Source: Takakia lepidozioides (taxonomy: Eukaryota; Plantae; Bryophyta). From it: 64,000 bases of DNA. The position numbers and the translations under genes are program-made. The stretch is taken from assembly GCA_030704615.1 (NCBI GenBank), contig CM060732.1, forward strand, positions 75,826,001-75,890,000. The letters run 5' to 3'. The notes under the pieces are model-generated. The model was not told the origin of the DNA. It did not search any database and saw only the letters and a program-made list of their open reading frames with translations. Shown piece by piece: positions 61,595 to 64,000 of the stretch (the stretch's first letter is position 1; the number at the start of each line of letters is the position of its first letter).

Positions 61595-62240
61595 GGCGCC
61601 CCAGTGTATCCTCTCTTTCGACTCTACATCATCGCCAGCCAACCCTCATTGACAATCTTAATCTCGCCTGCCAAATCAGCACGGGAAGGGTATGGCCTGG
61701 CATCGAACACGCACTGAATTGTGCAGGTATACCTTCCAGCAATGAAGTCATTCTCACTATCATTTTCCTTCTCCCTCTCCATTTCTTTCTCCTTCCCCTT
61801 GTCCTTTTCCTTTTCCTTGTCCTTGGGACTTGTCTTTGTCCTTTGGCTTTGCTGGTGACATGGCTATGACATCAGGAGCCTTGTCTTTTGGTTTGCACCC
61901 CGCCTTCTTGCCCTTCTGCGTCGTTTCCTGAGCATCAGGCTCCTTGGCGGCCAATATTGCTATGTTTCTTTGGTACTCCTCGTCATTCAGAGGCGCCAGC
62001 ATCTCAACATTATTGTTCAAATATTTCATGTGCTGCTCTTGAAAGGTCGTGTGCTCAGGTGGGCAGTTTAGGTACCAACCACAATCTCTGAAGTGAGAAA
62101 GACTCCAGTCCTTCAATATCCCTGCAGTGTACATGGTTGGATCGTTTGCAAGGTCCGACCCCATGTCAAGATAGTCTGGAATACCGCTGAGGTGATTTCT
62201 ATCCATAAGCACATATTTCGTGCACCTGTGAAACACGAGA
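61595..62240 (-). pseudogene. Decayed exon of a transposon-associated protein, possibly the upstream part of the methyltransferase-like gene
   Basis: 158-aa ORF (LANDPTMYTAGILKDWSLSHFRDCGWYLNCPPEH, then a K/G-rich linker), on the same strand as and upstream of 56530-57345, abutting the other TIR. Confidence 0.4.
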
Positions 62241-62469
62241 CAAAACCCAACCCACCAAAGCGCGAAGTGAGTAAGATGCCAGTAGCACAGAATGAAAAAA
62301 ACGAGGAAGGAAATGGAGCTCAGAACAGCTCTAAGGAGCTCTCAGGAGCTCACAACAGCTCTGGATGTGAATGTCATCAACGACATTCACAAAATTCCAT
62401 TCAAGGACACTGCAAACACACTCTAAGTTCCTAATCCAGGTGAATGCAATCTCTAGCTTTGGAAGGACA

Positions 62470-64000
62470 CACTACAACAAAAAGCGGCTTTTACGTCTCT
62501 GTGTTATGACTGCAAATGCAGTCATGGAAGCCATTTACGACTTCCTGACTCTGAAGACGTAAAGACCTAGTCAGTTGTGACATGGCAGATATGACTCTCC
62601 AGGCTGGCTGTGACGTGGCGCCTAAGCAGCTGTGGGGGTAGTCATACACGCTGGCTTTACTGAATGACTGAACGGACAATGTAATCCATGTCAGCGGCTG
62701 TGCAAGAGTGGCACGTGCTCGATACATGAAATGACACGTGGCAGAGTGTTCGCTCTCCATGACTGCCAACTATGACTACGGGAGTGCTAATCTGATTGCA
62801 ACACGTGGCGCATTGTAATTTTTACACGTGGTCCCTCAGCAGATTGACATGTGTCATGATTGGTGTTTTTTGGGTGTATTGCTATTTTTTTTACATATTT
62901 GTATTTCTGCCACATGGTGTAGTACTATTGGAGAGTGAAAATATATGTAGTCATTATTATGACTATGATAGTAGTCATGTACATGTCTATTACAACAATG
63001 AAATATAATATATAATACAAAGAGAACAAGGCAGCAAGACATAACTGCAACAAGCTGAGCAAAACCAAGAGATTGTATACATTCTTTATTTACCAATCTA
63101 TTTATCATTATCATTTTGGTCGCGATCTAAAAATACATAAAATAGTCACATGTTCTCATGTGAATTATATTGTCTAACTATAACACTTTGAAAAGTGTTC
63201 ACCCATAATCTTCTAACTACTCATGCTATTCCATCAATCTGCAACCTATCAAAAACTAAAGCTTGCATGGCTTTAAGAATTACTACAGCAATGACATCTA
63301 TTTGTTTTCCAAGTTCTTGCATAAGATGCACCAACCAACATTGCATTGTGAGACACTCACTCGCTATACTCCAAAGCGTCCAGGGAAGGTCACTGAGCAA
63401 CCTGCCAAGGCGGAAATAATTAAGAGAATTGTCTAATACCATATATGAAAAACCAATGCCAGTGTTATTTATGGTAACTTCTATCCCATGGACTCGTAAA
63501 CAAACCAAAGCAAAAAGGTTGGTGTGTGTTGGCAAAGTCGTCAGATACTTCACAAAGAAACATGCACTAAAAATGAGAGCCAGGAGGATAGGAAGGTCAC
63601 TCACGTTTATACAAAGACGTCTTGCCCATTGCCCAACACCCTGCGTCACCCACACTCTATCTCTACTCCTTCAGCTATCCATGCCTCTGCACAAAATCAA
63701 GCATTCAACCTTGTCTTGCTACTAGCAACTGACAATGACAGCCTACATTTGTTCTAGGAAACACCCAACTCAGCATAGCACACTAGTTCCTATGTTGAAT
63801 TGCGTCTGCTACTCTTTGAAATGTAGCAGGCATTCACCTTTCTGCCCCGGTTGACCCATCAGTGACAAGGCTCAGATAAGTATTCATTCCACAACTTCTC
63901 CTCATCTCTGTTACCTGTTTTTGACACTTTCCTGTTGTCACATTGGCAGTATCATGTCAAAGTCACTCCAAACTAGATTCACTCAACCAGCTAACTTGTA
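62470..64000. mobile_element. CACTA copy 3, left part; runs off the window
   Basis: Starts CACTACAACAAAAAGCGGCTTTTACG and is colinear with 48586-50105. Predicted TSD is ACA. Confidence 0.92.

Overview
Nuclear DNA of a land plant, probably a non-seed plant. That placement is inferred from an intron-rich EttA-type ABC-F, many PLS-PPR/DYW editing-factor sequences and bryophyte-type transposon proteins. Four host genes are present: ClpP5 (-, 9 exons), a P-class PPR gene with a GC-AG intron (+), a plastid-targeted EttA/ChvD ABC-F (-, 16 exons) and a PAT1 decapping activator (+). Most of 21.4-34.4 kb and 44.3-64 kb is a nest of transposons that carry PLS-PPR/DYW RNA-editing-factor sequence. Two head-to-tail Helentron/Helitron2-like elements are seen, and the second (11.4 kb) encloses a whole decayed PLS-E-DYW gene. 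Three copies of one non-autonomous CACTA family are present; the two complete copies have 3-bp TSDs and carry antisense PPR fragments, and one of them is inserted into that PPR gene, whose empty-site paralog is also in the window. A 4.2-kb TIR-bounded block carries PPR-DYW and LINE cargo and sits between two pieces of an intron-containing, beta-class DNA amino-methyltransferase-like gene, near a SWIM-finger transposon gene. Exon limits and element ends were read by eye and may be off by a few bases.
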